Source: Clostridia bacterium (GTDB lineage Bacteria > Bacillota > Clostridia > UMGS1883). From it: a stretch of DNA of 62,166 bases. A program made the position numbers and the translations under genes. The notes under the pieces were generated by a model, which worked only from the letters and a program-made list of their open reading frames with translations, was not told where the DNA came from and searched no databases. Location of the stretch: positions 1-62,166 of the forward strand of contig JAZORN010000060.1 of NCBI GenBank assembly GCA_045656645.1. The letters run 5' to 3'. Of this stretch, positions 19,001 through 29,075 are shown piece by piece (positions within the stretch are counted from its first letter, which is position 1; each line of letters begins with the position of its first letter).

Positions 19001-19720
19001 TTAAAATCCATTCTCTTTCAGCCATTCTTTTTCTTTTTGTGAAAGCTCCGCCCTTTGTATAAGGTCGGGGCGTTTTTTTGCCGTGCGCAGTATGCTTTGC
19101 TCTCTGCGCCATTTTTCTATATTTGCGTGATGACCGCTGAGGAGAATTTCGGGAACTTCACGCCCCATAAAAACGGGAGGTCTTGTGTACTGCGGATATT
19201 CTAAAAGACCGTCATAGTGGCTTTCAACACTGGCGGTTTCTTTACTGTCGAGCACACCCTCCACCATACGGCACACACAATCTATAAGTACCATACAAGG
19301 AAGCTCTCCGCCCGTAAGAACATAGTCACCGATAGAGATTTCCTCGTCAACAATTTCCTCTAAAATTCTTTCGTCAACACCCTCATAATGACCGCACAAA
19401 ATCACAATATGCTCATATTCCGAAAGCTCCCTCGCCCTTTTCTGCGTAAGTGTTTTTCCCTGCGGGGACATATATATAACGTGCGGTTTTTTCTCCCCCG
19501 CAACACTTTTATATGCATCATATATGGGCTGTGGTTGCATAAGCATACCGCCCCCTGCCCCATACGGATAATCGTCCACACGACGGTGCTTGTCTTCAGA
19601 AAAATCACGTATATTGATATACTGCGTTTCAATAATACCGCCTTTAACGGCTCTGCCGATAATACTTTCGCCAAGAGCTGCCATCATTTCGGGAAAAAGT
19701 GTAAGTACACTGAATTTCAC
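19001..19720 (-). CDS. trmD: tRNA (guanine-N1)-methyltransferase
   Basis: VDDYPYGAGGGM, CGHYEGVDER, SIGDYVLTGGE; start may be 19729. Confidence 0.98.
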   Translation of the reverse strand: MKFSVLTLFPEMMAALGESIIGRAVKGGIIETQYINIRDFSEDKHRRVDDYPYGAGGGMLMQPQPIYDAYKSVAGEKKPHVIYMSPQGKTLTQKRARELSEYEHIVILCGHYEGVDERILEEIVDEEISIGDYVLTGGELPCMVLIDCVCRMVEGVLDSKETASVESHYDGLLEYPQYTRPPVFMGREVPEILLSGHHANIEKWRREQSILRTAKKRPDLIQRAELSQKEKEWLKENGF

Positions 19721-19734
19721 TTTATACACCCCCG

Positions 19735-20223
19735 TTATATAAGTCCTTCAATCGGCGTTATATATATGAGCTTTTGAGCTAAATCCACCTTTTCAACAAA
19801 CACGGGGATATTTGGTATAAGGACCTTTTCTCCGTCATCCTTTGTAAATTCAAGTAAGTTTGCCGCATTGTTCTCAATTACGTTTGTAACTGTGCCAAAA
19901 TGCGACCCGTCAGGAAGCATACCCGTAAGTCCCATAAGCTCAAAGAAATAATACTCTCCCTTTGGAAGCTTTGGCAAATCTTCTTCCTTTGCATAAAGCT
20001 CGGTAAATTTCATTTTTTCAGCAGTATCTACATCATCTACGCCCTCAAGCTTTAAAAGAACTGCGCCCTTCTGAAATCTCCACGAAAGGATTTTTACAGG
20101 TGTAGTATCTTTTTTATATACGGTTTTTACTTTTTTAAAAAATGCTTCTCCGTCGGTAAAATGAAGTGCCTTCACTTCACCGCGAATTCCGTGTGTATTT
20201 ACAATCTGCATAACGTATATCAT
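19735..20223 (-). CDS. rimM: ribosome maturation factor
   Basis: THGIRGEVK, GEYYFFELMG; upstream of trmD. Confidence 0.95.
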   Translation of the reverse strand: MIYVMQIVNTHGIRGEVKALHFTDGEAFFKKVKTVYKKDTTPVKILSWRFQKGAVLLKLEGVDDVDTAEKMKFTELYAKEEDLPKLPKGEYYFFELMGLTGMLPDGSHFGTVTNVIENNAANLLEFTKDDGEKVLIPNIPVFVEKVDLAQKLIYITPIEGLI

Positions 20224-20235
20224 TTTATTTTCCCC

Positions 20236-21699
20236 TTATTTGAATGAGCTTGGTGTTAACGGCACCATATTTGTAAGGCTGTCCCAAACCATATATTTAA
20301 CATTTCCGCCGTTGTATTTTACTTTCCAAATTCCCGATGCCTCTGCCGCAAGTGTTCCTTGTCCCTTTTTTACAATGTCTAGAGTTTTGTCTGTATTGTA
20401 AAGAGCATAAAGCATTTCAAATGTAATCTTTTCTTCTGTATTATTATAGATTACGACTTCACTCACTTTACCTGTAGAACCTTCCTCTTGTACATCTAAA
20501 AAAGTAACAGGAGAAATATATATTTTTCTGCCCTCAATCATTTTTTTAATTGCAGCTTCACAGTTTATAACTCCATATCCCAAATAATCATCTCGCGTGG
20601 TTCTTCCCGATGTGTTTTGAAGAAGGGTTTCAAACTGATTTGCATCAATTTCAGGCTTTATACACTTTGCAATAGCCGCAATTGCACTTACGTGCGGTGC
20701 TGCAAGAGAAGTACCGTTCGTTTTACACAAAGTAAATATTTCTTCCCCATTTTCATCGAAACGATACATTATATCAATCCTCATGGTTCCGCCGGGTGCT
20801 GCAATATCTACCTTATTGTTATGCTGAGAAAATTCCGAATGTGTTCCGTCACTTTCAACAGAGGCAACACTTATAACCCCATCAAGCGATGCGGGGTACG
20901 CATAAGAATCACTATACCCGTTCCCTGCAGCTGCAATTACAATAATACCTGCATCCACGGCATTATTTATAGCTTTCTGCAAAGTTGTCAGATTGCTTTC
21001 TGTAGCTTCGCCATTACTCAAAACCAAACTTAGGTTTATAACATCGCAATTGTACTTATCGGTTGCATCTTCTATAGCACGGATGACATTTGCCACATTT
21101 CCCGCACCATTGTCATCCAATACTCTCAATGGCACAATAGAAACTCTCGGAGCAATACCTGTTCCGTAACCATTATTCTGACGTGCAATGATAGAGCTTA
21201 CAACTGAACCATGATAACTGCCGTCGTTTTTTACAGAAGCATCCGTCTCCACATTATTGATATAATCATATCCGTTTAGGATTTGTGGCCTTATCATATA
21301 ATCACTATTAAGACCACTGTCAATTACAGCAACCTTCACTTCATTCCCCATTGCCCCTGTTTTGTAGGCAAAAGCAGCATTTATCTTATTAAAATTCCAA
21401 TTATCTACAATATCATCAGATACTGTTCCCTCTGTTTCTACTGTCACAGGTTCAATGGCAACGACATCATAATTAGGCTCGTAATCTTCTACAATACCCG
21501 CCTCAATATACTCCTCAAGCTCCTCCTGAGTTGCAACGGTATAATTTATCCCCTGATTTTCCCTTGAACTGAAAAGCTGCATACTGTCATTAAAACGGAC
21601 AATATACGTATCCTCCTGTGCGAATGCAGATGCAGATAAAAGAAATATAAAAAGAAATGTACTTATTTTAATTTTATGTTTCATCTTCATCACCCTCAA
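20236..21699 (-). CDS. secreted S8 subtilisin-like serine protease
   Basis: Signal peptide; triad VAVIDSG / HGSVV / GTSLAAPHV; start may be 21690 or 21684. Confidence 0.92.
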   Translation of the reverse strand: MRVMKMKHKIKISTFLFIFLLSASAFAQEDTYIVRFNDSMQLFSSRENQGINYTVATQEELEEYIEAGIVEDYEPNYDVVAIEPVTVETEGTVSDDIVDNWNFNKINAAFAYKTGAMGNEVKVAVIDSGLNSDYMIRPQILNGYDYINNVETDASVKNDGSYHGSVVSSIIARQNNGYGTGIAPRVSIVPLRVLDDNGAGNVANVIRAIEDATDKYNCDVINLSLVLSNGEATESNLTTLQKAINNAVDAGIIVIAAAGNGYSDSYAYPASLDGVISVASVESDGTHSEFSQHNNKVDIAAPGGTMRIDIMYRFDENGEEIFTLCKTNGTSLAAPHVSAIAAIAKCIKPEIDANQFETLLQNTSGRTTRDDYLGYGVINCEAAIKKMIEGRKIYISPVTFLDVQEEGSTGKVSEVVIYNNTEEKITFEMLYALYNTDKTLDIVKKGQGTLAAEASGIWKVKYNGGNVKYMVWDSLTNMVPLTPSSFK

Positions 21700-21703
21700 T
21701 TAC

Positions 21704-21740
21704 AAATGTAGGGGTTGACATTACATCTACCCCTACATTT
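21704..21740 (-). terminator. hairpin terminator after ileS
   Basis: AAATGTAGGGGT...ACCCCTACATTT. Confidence 0.7.
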
Positions 21741-21751
21741 AATTTAATATC

Positions 21752-24700
21752 TTACGCTTTTACAACGCCAAGATATACCTTCTCGCCGTTAATGTTCCAC
21801 TCTTTTGAATTATCGCACTTTTCATCCATATTGATTGAAAGGGCAAGAACATCTTCCTTGATTTCATCAGCATTCTTTTCTATAATCTCAGCAACTTTTG
21901 CGTTTCCTGACACATAGACATTGATGTTATCCATAACCTCAAAGCCGCTGTCCTTACGCATTGTCTGGAGCTTGCTGATGATTTCACGAACAAAGCCCTC
22001 TTCAATAAGCTCTTCGCTAAGTCGGGTATCAAGAACTACAGTGATACCTGCATCACTTTCAGATGCAAAGCCCTCAACCTGCGCACTCTCAATAAGAAGG
22101 TCTTCTCTTTCAAGAGTAATTGTGCTGCCGCCTGCCTCAAACTTGATTGCACCATTATTCTCAAGCTCATCCATTGCACTGTTGCCATCAACATTTGCAA
22201 GGTAATCTCTTATTGCACCGAGGAATTTTCCGTATTTGGGACCAACAGTTTTAAGCTGCGGCTTAAAGCTGTAGCTTGTGCATTCACGTACACTGTCCGT
22301 AAACGTAACTTCCTTGACATTAAGCTCGTCTGCAATAATTTCCTTATAGAAATCGTTAAGGGCACTATCTGCCTTTACAAGCATTTTGCCGATAGGCTGA
22401 CGGTTCTTAATATTTGACGCATTACGTGCCGCTCTTCCAAGTACAACAATTTTAAGAACCTGCTCCATATTACTTTCAAGCTCGGCATCAATCTTGCTTT
22501 CATCAAACTCAGGATAATCGCAAAGATGTACACTTATCGGTGCATCCTTGTCAATACTGCATACAAGGTTTCTGTAAATATCCTCTGCCATAAAGGGAAT
22601 CATAGGTGCAGTAACCTTTGAAAGTGTCACAAGTGCAGTATAAAGCGTCATATACGCATTTATCTTATCCTGAGTCATTTCCTTACCCCAGAAACGCTCA
22701 CGGCTACGGCGTACATACCAGTTACTGAGTTCATCTGTAAATTCCTGAATTACTCTTGCAGTTTCAGTAATCTTATAATCGGAAAGGTTGTTGTCAACCG
22801 TCTTAATAAGCGTATTAAGCTTTGAAATGAGCCACTTATCCATTACGGAAAGCTTATCATACTCAAGCGTATATTTTGTTGCATCAAAATTATCGATATT
22901 TGCATAAAGCACAAAGAATGCATAAGTGTTCCAGAGAGTACCCATAAACTTACGCTGACCTTCGCTTACTGCACCGTCGTGGAAACGATTGGGAAGCCAC
23001 GGTGCACTGTTTACGTAGAAATACCAGCGGATTGCATCTGCGCCGTGCTTTTCAAGAGCCTCAAACGGGTCAACCGCATTACCCTTGGACTTACTCATCT
23101 TCTGTCCGTTTTCGTCCTGAACGTGACCGAGAACGATAACATTCTTATAAGGTGCTTTATTAAAAATCAGTGTTGAAATCGCAAGAAGTGAATAGAACCA
23201 TCCTCTTGTCTGGTCAACTGCCTCACTGATGAAGTTTGCAGGGAAATTCTCCTCAAATATTTTTTCATTTTCAAAGGGATAATGCCACTGTGCAAAGGGC
23301 ATTGCACCTGAGTCAAACCAACAGTCAATAACCTCTTTTGTACGGTGCATCTCTCCTCCGCACTGTGGGCACTTGATTGTCACTGCATCAATGTATGGTC
23401 GGTGAAGCTCGATATTCTCAGGGCAGTTATCACTCATTTCACGAAGCTCTGCAATAGAGCCGATTGAATGCTTATGTCCGCAATCACACACCCAGATATT
23501 AAGCGGTGTTCCCCAGTAACGGTCACGGCTTACACCCCAGTCCTGAACATTTTTCAGCCAGTCACCAAAGCGGCCCTTACCGATACTTTCGGGAATCCAG
23601 TTAATTGTTTCGTTATTTTTAATAAGGTCATCACGCACAGCCGTCATTTTTATAAACCATGACTCTCTTGCGTAATAGATAAGGGGTGTGTCGCATCTCC
23701 AGCAGAACGGATAAGAATGTTCAAACGGGAGTGCCGCATAAAGAAGTCCGCTTTCATCAAGAGCCTTGAATACTTCCTTATCTGCATCCTTACAGAACAT
23801 TCCTGCCCACGGGGTTTCAGAAGTCATTTCACCCTTTGCGTCAACGAGCTGCACAAACGGCAAATCATATGTTCTTCCCACTCTGGAGTCATCTTCACCA
23901 AACGCAGGTGCAATATGAACAATACCTGTACCGTCGGTGAGTGTTACATAACTATCGCATACAACGTAATATGCCTTTTTATCAGGATTTGCAAAATCAA
24001 AGAGCGGCTCATATTCCTTATACTCAAGGTCTTTACCGACATATTCTTCGATTACTTCATATTCACCCTTTATAACAGAGGGAATAAGAGCCTCTGCAAG
24101 AATATAAATATTACCCTCATTATTGATTTTAACGTATCTTTCGTCGGGGTTTACGCAAAGTGCCACGTTTGAGGGAAGTGTCCACGGCGTAGTGGTCCAC
24201 GCAAGGAAGTATTCGTCCTCAGTTCCCTTTACACGGAATTTTGCAATAGCACTCTTTTCCTTTACATCTTTATATCCCTGGGCAACCTCGTGGCTTGAAA
24301 GCGGAGTTCCGCAACGGGGGCAGTAAGGTACAATCTTATAACCTTTATAAAGAAGGTCCTTTTCCCAAATCTTTTTAAGCGCCCACCACTCAGATTCAAT
24401 AAAGTTATTGTCATATGTTACATATGGGTCATCCATATCAGCCCAGAAGCCTACAGTCTGTGAGAAATCCTCCCACATACCTTTGTATTTCCACACGCTT
24501 TCCTTACACTTTGTAATGAAAGGCTCAAGTCCGTACTGTTCAATCTGCTCCTTACCATCAAGACCGAGAAGCTTTTCAACCTCGAGCTCAACGGGAAGTC
24601 CGTGAGTATCCCATCCTGCCTTACGGATAACCTTATAACCCTTCATTGTGCGGTAACGCGGAATCATATCCTTGATTACACGTGTCAGCACGTGACCGAT

Positions 24701-24865
24701 ATGCGGCTTTCCGTTTGCCGTAGGCGGTCCGTCATAGAATGTATAGCACTCACACTTGGCACGGTTTTCAATACTCTTTTCAAAAATATTGTTTTCACGC
24801 CAGAAAGCACCTATTTTCTTTTCCCTTTCAACAAAATTAAGATTAGTGTCAACCTTGTTGTACAT
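21752..24865 (-). CDS. ileS: isoleucyl-tRNA synthetase, type 2
   Basis: DGPPTANG.PHIGH, GWDTHGLPVE, KMSKS; long IleRS2-type C-terminus. Confidence 0.98.
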   Translation of the reverse strand: MYNKVDTNLNFVEREKKIGAFWRENNIFEKSIENRAKCECYTFYDGPPTANGKPHIGHVLTRVIKDMIPRYRTMKGYKVIRKAGWDTHGLPVELEVEKLLGLDGKEQIEQYGLEPFITKCKESVWKYKGMWEDFSQTVGFWADMDDPYVTYDNNFIESEWWALKKIWEKDLLYKGYKIVPYCPRCGTPLSSHEVAQGYKDVKEKSAIAKFRVKGTEDEYFLAWTTTPWTLPSNVALCVNPDERYVKINNEGNIYILAEALIPSVIKGEYEVIEEYVGKDLEYKEYEPLFDFANPDKKAYYVVCDSYVTLTDGTGIVHIAPAFGEDDSRVGRTYDLPFVQLVDAKGEMTSETPWAGMFCKDADKEVFKALDESGLLYAALPFEHSYPFCWRCDTPLIYYARESWFIKMTAVRDDLIKNNETINWIPESIGKGRFGDWLKNVQDWGVSRDRYWGTPLNIWVCDCGHKHSIGSIAELREMSDNCPENIELHRPYIDAVTIKCPQCGGEMHRTKEVIDCWFDSGAMPFAQWHYPFENEKIFEENFPANFISEAVDQTRGWFYSLLAISTLIFNKAPYKNVIVLGHVQDENGQKMSKSKGNAVDPFEALEKHGADAIRWYFYVNSAPWLPNRFHDGAVSEGQRKFMGTLWNTYAFFVLYANIDNFDATKYTLEYDKLSVMDKWLISKLNTLIKTVDNNLSDYKITETARVIQEFTDELSNWYVRRSRERFWGKEMTQDKINAYMTLYTALVTLSKVTAPMIPFMAEDIYRNLVCSIDKDAPISVHLCDYPEFDESKIDAELESNMEQVLKIVVLGRAARNASNIKNRQPIGKMLVKADSALNDFYKEIIADELNVKEVTFTDSVRECTSYSFKPQLKTVGPKYGKFLGAIRDYLANVDGNSAMDELENNGAIKFEAGGSTITLEREDLLIESAQVEGFASESDAGITVVLDTRLSEELIEEGFVREIISKLQTMRKDSGFEVMDNINVYVSGNAKVAEIIEKNADEIKEDVLALSINMDEKCDNSKEWNINGEKVYLGVVKA

Positions 24866-24892
24866 AAATCTTCCTCCTACCTATATAAAAAA

Positions 24893-25347
24893 GTATTTTT
24901 AATACATCAACCCCTACCCCACTCTTTGGGGTATTTATGCCATTTTGAGCGCCAAAATGGCGAAAAGCGTCGGGGGATTTCGATTTCCCCCGAGCCCCTT
25001 TGAAACGACCTCGCAGGGGCGCTTTCAATTTCGGGCGTGCCACAGAATTAGTAATTGGTCTTTGTTTATAAATTTGCTTTTCTTTCTTACGCCGTCCGCA
25101 TTGAAATACTCATTTTCAAGATGGACTAAAAATTGCCCGTCAGCAGCGGAAATTGATACGAGCAATTTTTACCCAAGAAAGCAAAGCAAATTTACAAACC
25201 CTGAGAGTGTGGAAGTTAGTTAGTTTTATATCAAACTAACTGCAGCGATAAAGCTGCGTTTTTCCGTGGTTTTGGTCTTTTTGACACCAAAAGGACATAT
25301 TGATACGTGCTCCACGTATGTTTCTTAAGCTTTGCTTATTTTTACAC
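24893..25347 (+). mobile_element. family C structured element, internally deleted copy
   Basis: Near-identical to 58345-59019 but lacks about 58725-58942. Confidence 0.88.
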
Positions 25348-25364
25348 AACGTATTTTTCAATAC

Positions 25365-25610
25365 AAAAAAATCGTCCTATGCTAAATAGGACGAAGTCGC
25401 TTTTTCACCTAATTAGCATACCATCATATGCGTCCCCTTAACAGAGGGACCCCCTGTCGTCGCTTAATCGTAATTAATCAATTAATGTACTTTCAGCAAC
25501 GCAGCTCAGAAGTGATATTCACCGTCGGTTAATCTGCATCAGGCTCACACCGTCCCTGATTCGCTACGCCATTTCACCTTACGGCTACTGTCTTCGTCAC
25601 AGCTTTTATA
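25365..25610 (-). promoter_or_regulatory. T-box leader with Ile specifier, atypical antiterminator bulge
   Basis: GA motif, AGCGA/GGTGTGA stem I, specifier ATC at 25516-25514, GCTGAAAG stem II, terminator TCGTCCTAT/ATAGGACGA plus T-run. Confidence 0.9.
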
Positions 25611-25622
25611 TGTCTGCATTTA

Positions 25623-25651
25623 ATTATATATCCGCTTTACTAAAATGTCAA
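25623..25651 (-). promoter_or_regulatory. sigma-A promoter of ileS
   Basis: Perfect TTGACA-17-TATAAT. Confidence 0.9.
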
Positions 25652-25673
25652 CTGTTTTATTTCCATTTATTTA

Positions 25674-25702
25674 TTGCAACAAGGTGAAAAATATTGTATA
25701 AT
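25674..25702 (+). promoter_or_regulatory. sigma-A promoter of addBA
   Basis: TTGCAA-17-TATAAT. Confidence 0.75.
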
Positions 25703-25732
25703 TAAATTAATTAATCACAAAGGAGGGGCAAA

Positions 25733-28700
25733 ATGTCACTCAGAATAATTTTAGGCCGCGGTGGATGCGGAAAAACAACATATATGCTCGGTGATATGGA
25801 GGAAAACAGCGATTGCGTTTACATAGTACCTGAACAGTTTTCATTTTCTGCCGAAAAAAAGCTTATTGATGCATTTGGCGTGGTAGGTCTTGGAAATCCG
25901 CAGGTGCTTAGCTTTATGCGCCTTGCAGACTTGGTTTTTTCAAAATACGGTGCTCCGAAATTCATTTCTGATGATGCATCCTTTCAGATGCTTGTAAGCT
26001 ACTGCGCAAATTCCATCAAGGCAGAAAAGCTCAGACTTTTTGACGGACTTGTTAAAAAGAGCGACCTTGCCGATACCGCCGCATCGCTTATTACAACATT
26101 TAAACGCTACTGTATAACTGCCCCCATGCTTTTAAGTGCAATAGAAAAAACGGATGACCTTCTTTTAAAGAAAAAGCTTTCTGATGCCCTTACGGTATAC
26201 GAAGAATATAATGAGTGCCTCAAAGAGGCAGGTGTAAGTGATAAAAACGATACCTTATCCGTGCTTGCCTCCGTGCTTTCAGATGAAGAGTGCGACTACC
26301 TTTCGGGCAAAAAAATATATATAGACCAGTTTTCAGATTTTGACCCCAGTGAATATGAATGTATTAAAGCAATGCTGCGCCGTGCACAGACAGTCTGCAT
26401 ATCTCTGTGCACAGACGGCTCTTTCCCTTTTGATACGGTTAACCGTACATATAATACGCTTTTAAGGCTTGCAAAGGAGTGCGGCTGCAAAGTCAGCACA
26501 TCGATTGAAATTGACAGCGCTATGCACGGGGCAAAGCCAATGATTAAGCACCTTGAAAAATGCTATTTTGACGATGACAGTGCACAGTTTGCAGGAAGTG
26601 ACGGCAGTCTGTCAGTTTTCTGCGGAAAAAACAGATTTTCTGAAATTCACCACGTGGCGAGAAATATTGTGCGCCTTGTACGTGACAAAGGTTTTCGTTA
26701 CCGTGATATTTCGATTATTGCACGTGATGCCGATCTGTATAAAGGGATTGTCGAGCGTATTTTCCCATTTTATGATATACCCGTATTCATTGACAAAAAA
26801 TCTCCGCTTTCATCGCACAGCGTAACACTTTTTATTACAAGCATACTTGACCTTGCGGCAGGCGGTTTTACATATGAAAATATTTTCAGCTATATTAAAA
26901 GCCCGTTTTCGCCAATTTCAAAGGATGAGGCGGACGAGCTTGAAAACTACTGCCTTGCATTGGGTATACGCCCGTTTTCGTGGAAGAAACCGTTTTACGC
27001 AAAAAACAGTGTATATGATGCTGAAAATTCTGCAGGCACAAAAGCCGTTACAGAAGAAAAGCTTGAAAAAATCAACGCCCTGCGTGAAAGAGTTTACGCA
27101 CCTCTTGCCAGGCTTTTATGTGCGATAGGAAAAAAGGCACGTGTAGAAGATACCTGCCGTCACCTTTTTGATTTCTTTGAAAATATTTCTCTCAGGGAAA
27201 AGATTGAAAGCTATGCAACCGCTCTTGAAGAAGACGGAGAAAATCTTTATGCACTGCAAACAAAACAGGTTTATAATATTTTAGTCGATATTTTCACCGA
27301 TATATGCGAGGTTATGGGTGAAAAGGAGCTTACACTCAATCAGTTTTATACAACAGTAATGGCGGGGCTTCAATCAGTTGAAATCGGAACAATTCCCGTC
27401 TCTTCAGACTGTGTTACCCTCGGCTCTATCGACAGAATAAAGGGACACGGTGCACGCAGTGTATTTCTTGTTGGCGCAAACAGCGGTGTTTTCCCCGCTT
27501 CACCCAGTGAGGGCGGTCTCTTTACCGACGAGGATAAGGCAGAGCTTGAAAAAATGGGGATTCATATGCCCCCGTCGCTTGCCACTCTGGCACAGAGCGA
27601 ACAGCTTCTTATCTATGATGCCATTACGTGCGCAGGAGATTATCTTTATGTGAGCTATGCCGCGCAAGACAGTGCTTCAAATGCACTTTTACCGTCGGAA
27701 ATTGTGGGACGTATACGCTCCCTTTTCCCTGACATTCCATATACAGATGATCTTACCTCTCTTCCCGATGACGAAAGTATGATAACTGCAAAAAAAGCGG
27801 TATTTGATATGCTGTGTGCCAAAATACGTGAATATGCACTTGGCAAAAAACCCCTTTCCCCGGCAATGAGTGCGGCGGCATATTATTTTTGTAATGACGA
27901 AGTATATGCACCGCTTCTTAACGATGCGCTTTCTATGACAAGCTTTGAAAATGAATCCTCACCAATTGACGAAGAACTTATAGATAAGGTTCTCGGTGAT
28001 AATATGAAAACGAGTGTCACCCGCCTTGAAAGCTATAATAAATGCCCGTTCTCGTACTTTGCAAAATATCTGTTAAAGCTTGAGCCTAAAAGAACCTTTG
28101 AGGTCAGCGTTTCAGACAGTGGCTCTTTCCTGCACGATTTTCTTGACAGATTTTCCCGATTTGTGTCAGAGAGCACGGACGAAAACGGCAATCCCCTTAC
28201 ATGGCACAGTATTGATAACGATTTCATACGTATAAACACACCCGGAATACTTGAAGAAGTTTTATGCAGTGTTAACGGGGAAATGCTTGAAATTCCACGT
28301 ATAAAAGCACTCTTTGACAGACTTTGCCGTGTTGCAGTGCAGTCTGTCTATGTTCTGCGCCGTCATATTGTAAAAAGTGATTTTGTACCCTTAGGTTACG
28401 AAATAAGCTTTGACGAGGACGGACGCTTTAAACCTACGAAGATAAAGCTTGATGACGGAAAAACCGTTACTCTTCGGGGCAGAATTGACCGTGCGGATGA
28501 ATTTACACTTACAATGCCCGACGGAGAAAGCGGAAAATTTGTAAGAATTGTTGATTATAAAAGCAGTGATAAAACGCTTTCCTTAAGCGACGTATATCAC
28601 GGCGTACAATTGCAGCTTTTTGTGTATCTTTCAACGCTTTGCAAAAACGGCTACTCCCCTGCAGGTATTCTTTACTATAACCTTTCAGACCCTATCGTAG

Positions 28701-29074
28701 AGGTTACACCTGGGGCAACAGAGGATGAAATACTTCAAAAAAGGTTTGAGCAGCGCAGAATGAGCGGTATCGTTCTCTCCGAAAATGATATGGCAGAGCG
28801 TATGGACGGAACAGAAACCCTTAAATCCAAAAAGACTGCAACGGCAAAAAATTTCAATGCAATGTTCAGGCATCTTGACAAGGTTATAAAAAACACTGCC
28901 GAGGATATTTACAGCGGTAAATTCCCCATTGAGTGTACCGCTGATGCGTGTGACTGGTGTGAGTATAAGCATCTTTGCCGATTTGAAAAATCCTTCGCAG
29001 GGTGCAGTATACGTGATAATGAAAAGCTCAAGGATGATGAAGTATGGGCTTTGTTAGAGGAGGGTGAGATTTGA
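25733..29074 (+). CDS. addB: helicase/nuclease subunit B
   Basis: GRGGCGKT, VPEQFSF, CPFSYF, GRIDR..IVDYKS, Fe-S cysteines. Confidence 0.95.
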   Translation: MSLRIILGRGGCGKTTYMLGDMEENSDCVYIVPEQFSFSAEKKLIDAFGVVGLGNPQVLSFMRLADLVFSKYGAPKFISDDASFQMLVSYCANSIKAEKLRLFDGLVKKSDLADTAASLITTFKRYCITAPMLLSAIEKTDDLLLKKKLSDALTVYEEYNECLKEAGVSDKNDTLSVLASVLSDEECDYLSGKKIYIDQFSDFDPSEYECIKAMLRRAQTVCISLCTDGSFPFDTVNRTYNTLLRLAKECGCKVSTSIEIDSAMHGAKPMIKHLEKCYFDDDSAQFAGSDGSLSVFCGKNRFSEIHHVARNIVRLVRDKGFRYRDISIIARDADLYKGIVERIFPFYDIPVFIDKKSPLSSHSVTLFITSILDLAAGGFTYENIFSYIKSPFSPISKDEADELENYCLALGIRPFSWKKPFYAKNSVYDAENSAGTKAVTEEKLEKINALRERVYAPLARLLCAIGKKARVEDTCRHLFDFFENISLREKIESYATALEEDGENLYALQTKQVYNILVDIFTDICEVMGEKELTLNQFYTTVMAGLQSVEIGTIPVSSDCVTLGSIDRIKGHGARSVFLVGANSGVFPASPSEGGLFTDEDKAELEKMGIHMPPSLATLAQSEQLLIYDAITCAGDYLYVSYAAQDSASNALLPSEIVGRIRSLFPDIPYTDDLTSLPDDESMITAKKAVFDMLCAKIREYALGKKPLSPAMSAAAYYFCNDEVYAPLLNDALSMTSFENESSPIDEELIDKVLGDNMKTSVTRLESYNKCPFSYFAKYLLKLEPKRTFEVSVSDSGSFLHDFLDRFSRFVSESTDENGNPLTWHSIDNDFIRINTPGILEEVLCSVNGEMLEIPRIKALFDRLCRVAVQSVYVLRRHIVKSDFVPLGYEISFDEDGRFKPTKIKLDDGKTVTLRGRIDRADEFTLTMPDGESGKFVRIVDYKSSDKTLSLSDVYHGVQLQLFVYLSTLCKNGYSPAGILYYNLSDPIVEVTPGATEDEILQKRFEQRRMSGIVLSENDMAERMDGTETLKSKKTATAKNFNAMFRHLDKVIKNTAEDIYSGKFPIECTADACDWCEYKHLCRFEKSFAGCSIRDNEKLKDDEVWALLEEGEI

Positions 29075-29075
29075 T

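Noticed and set aside
24849-25223. ORFs within family C (also 58377-58981)
   Set aside because: Frames differ between the copies and show no transposase or nuclease motifs.
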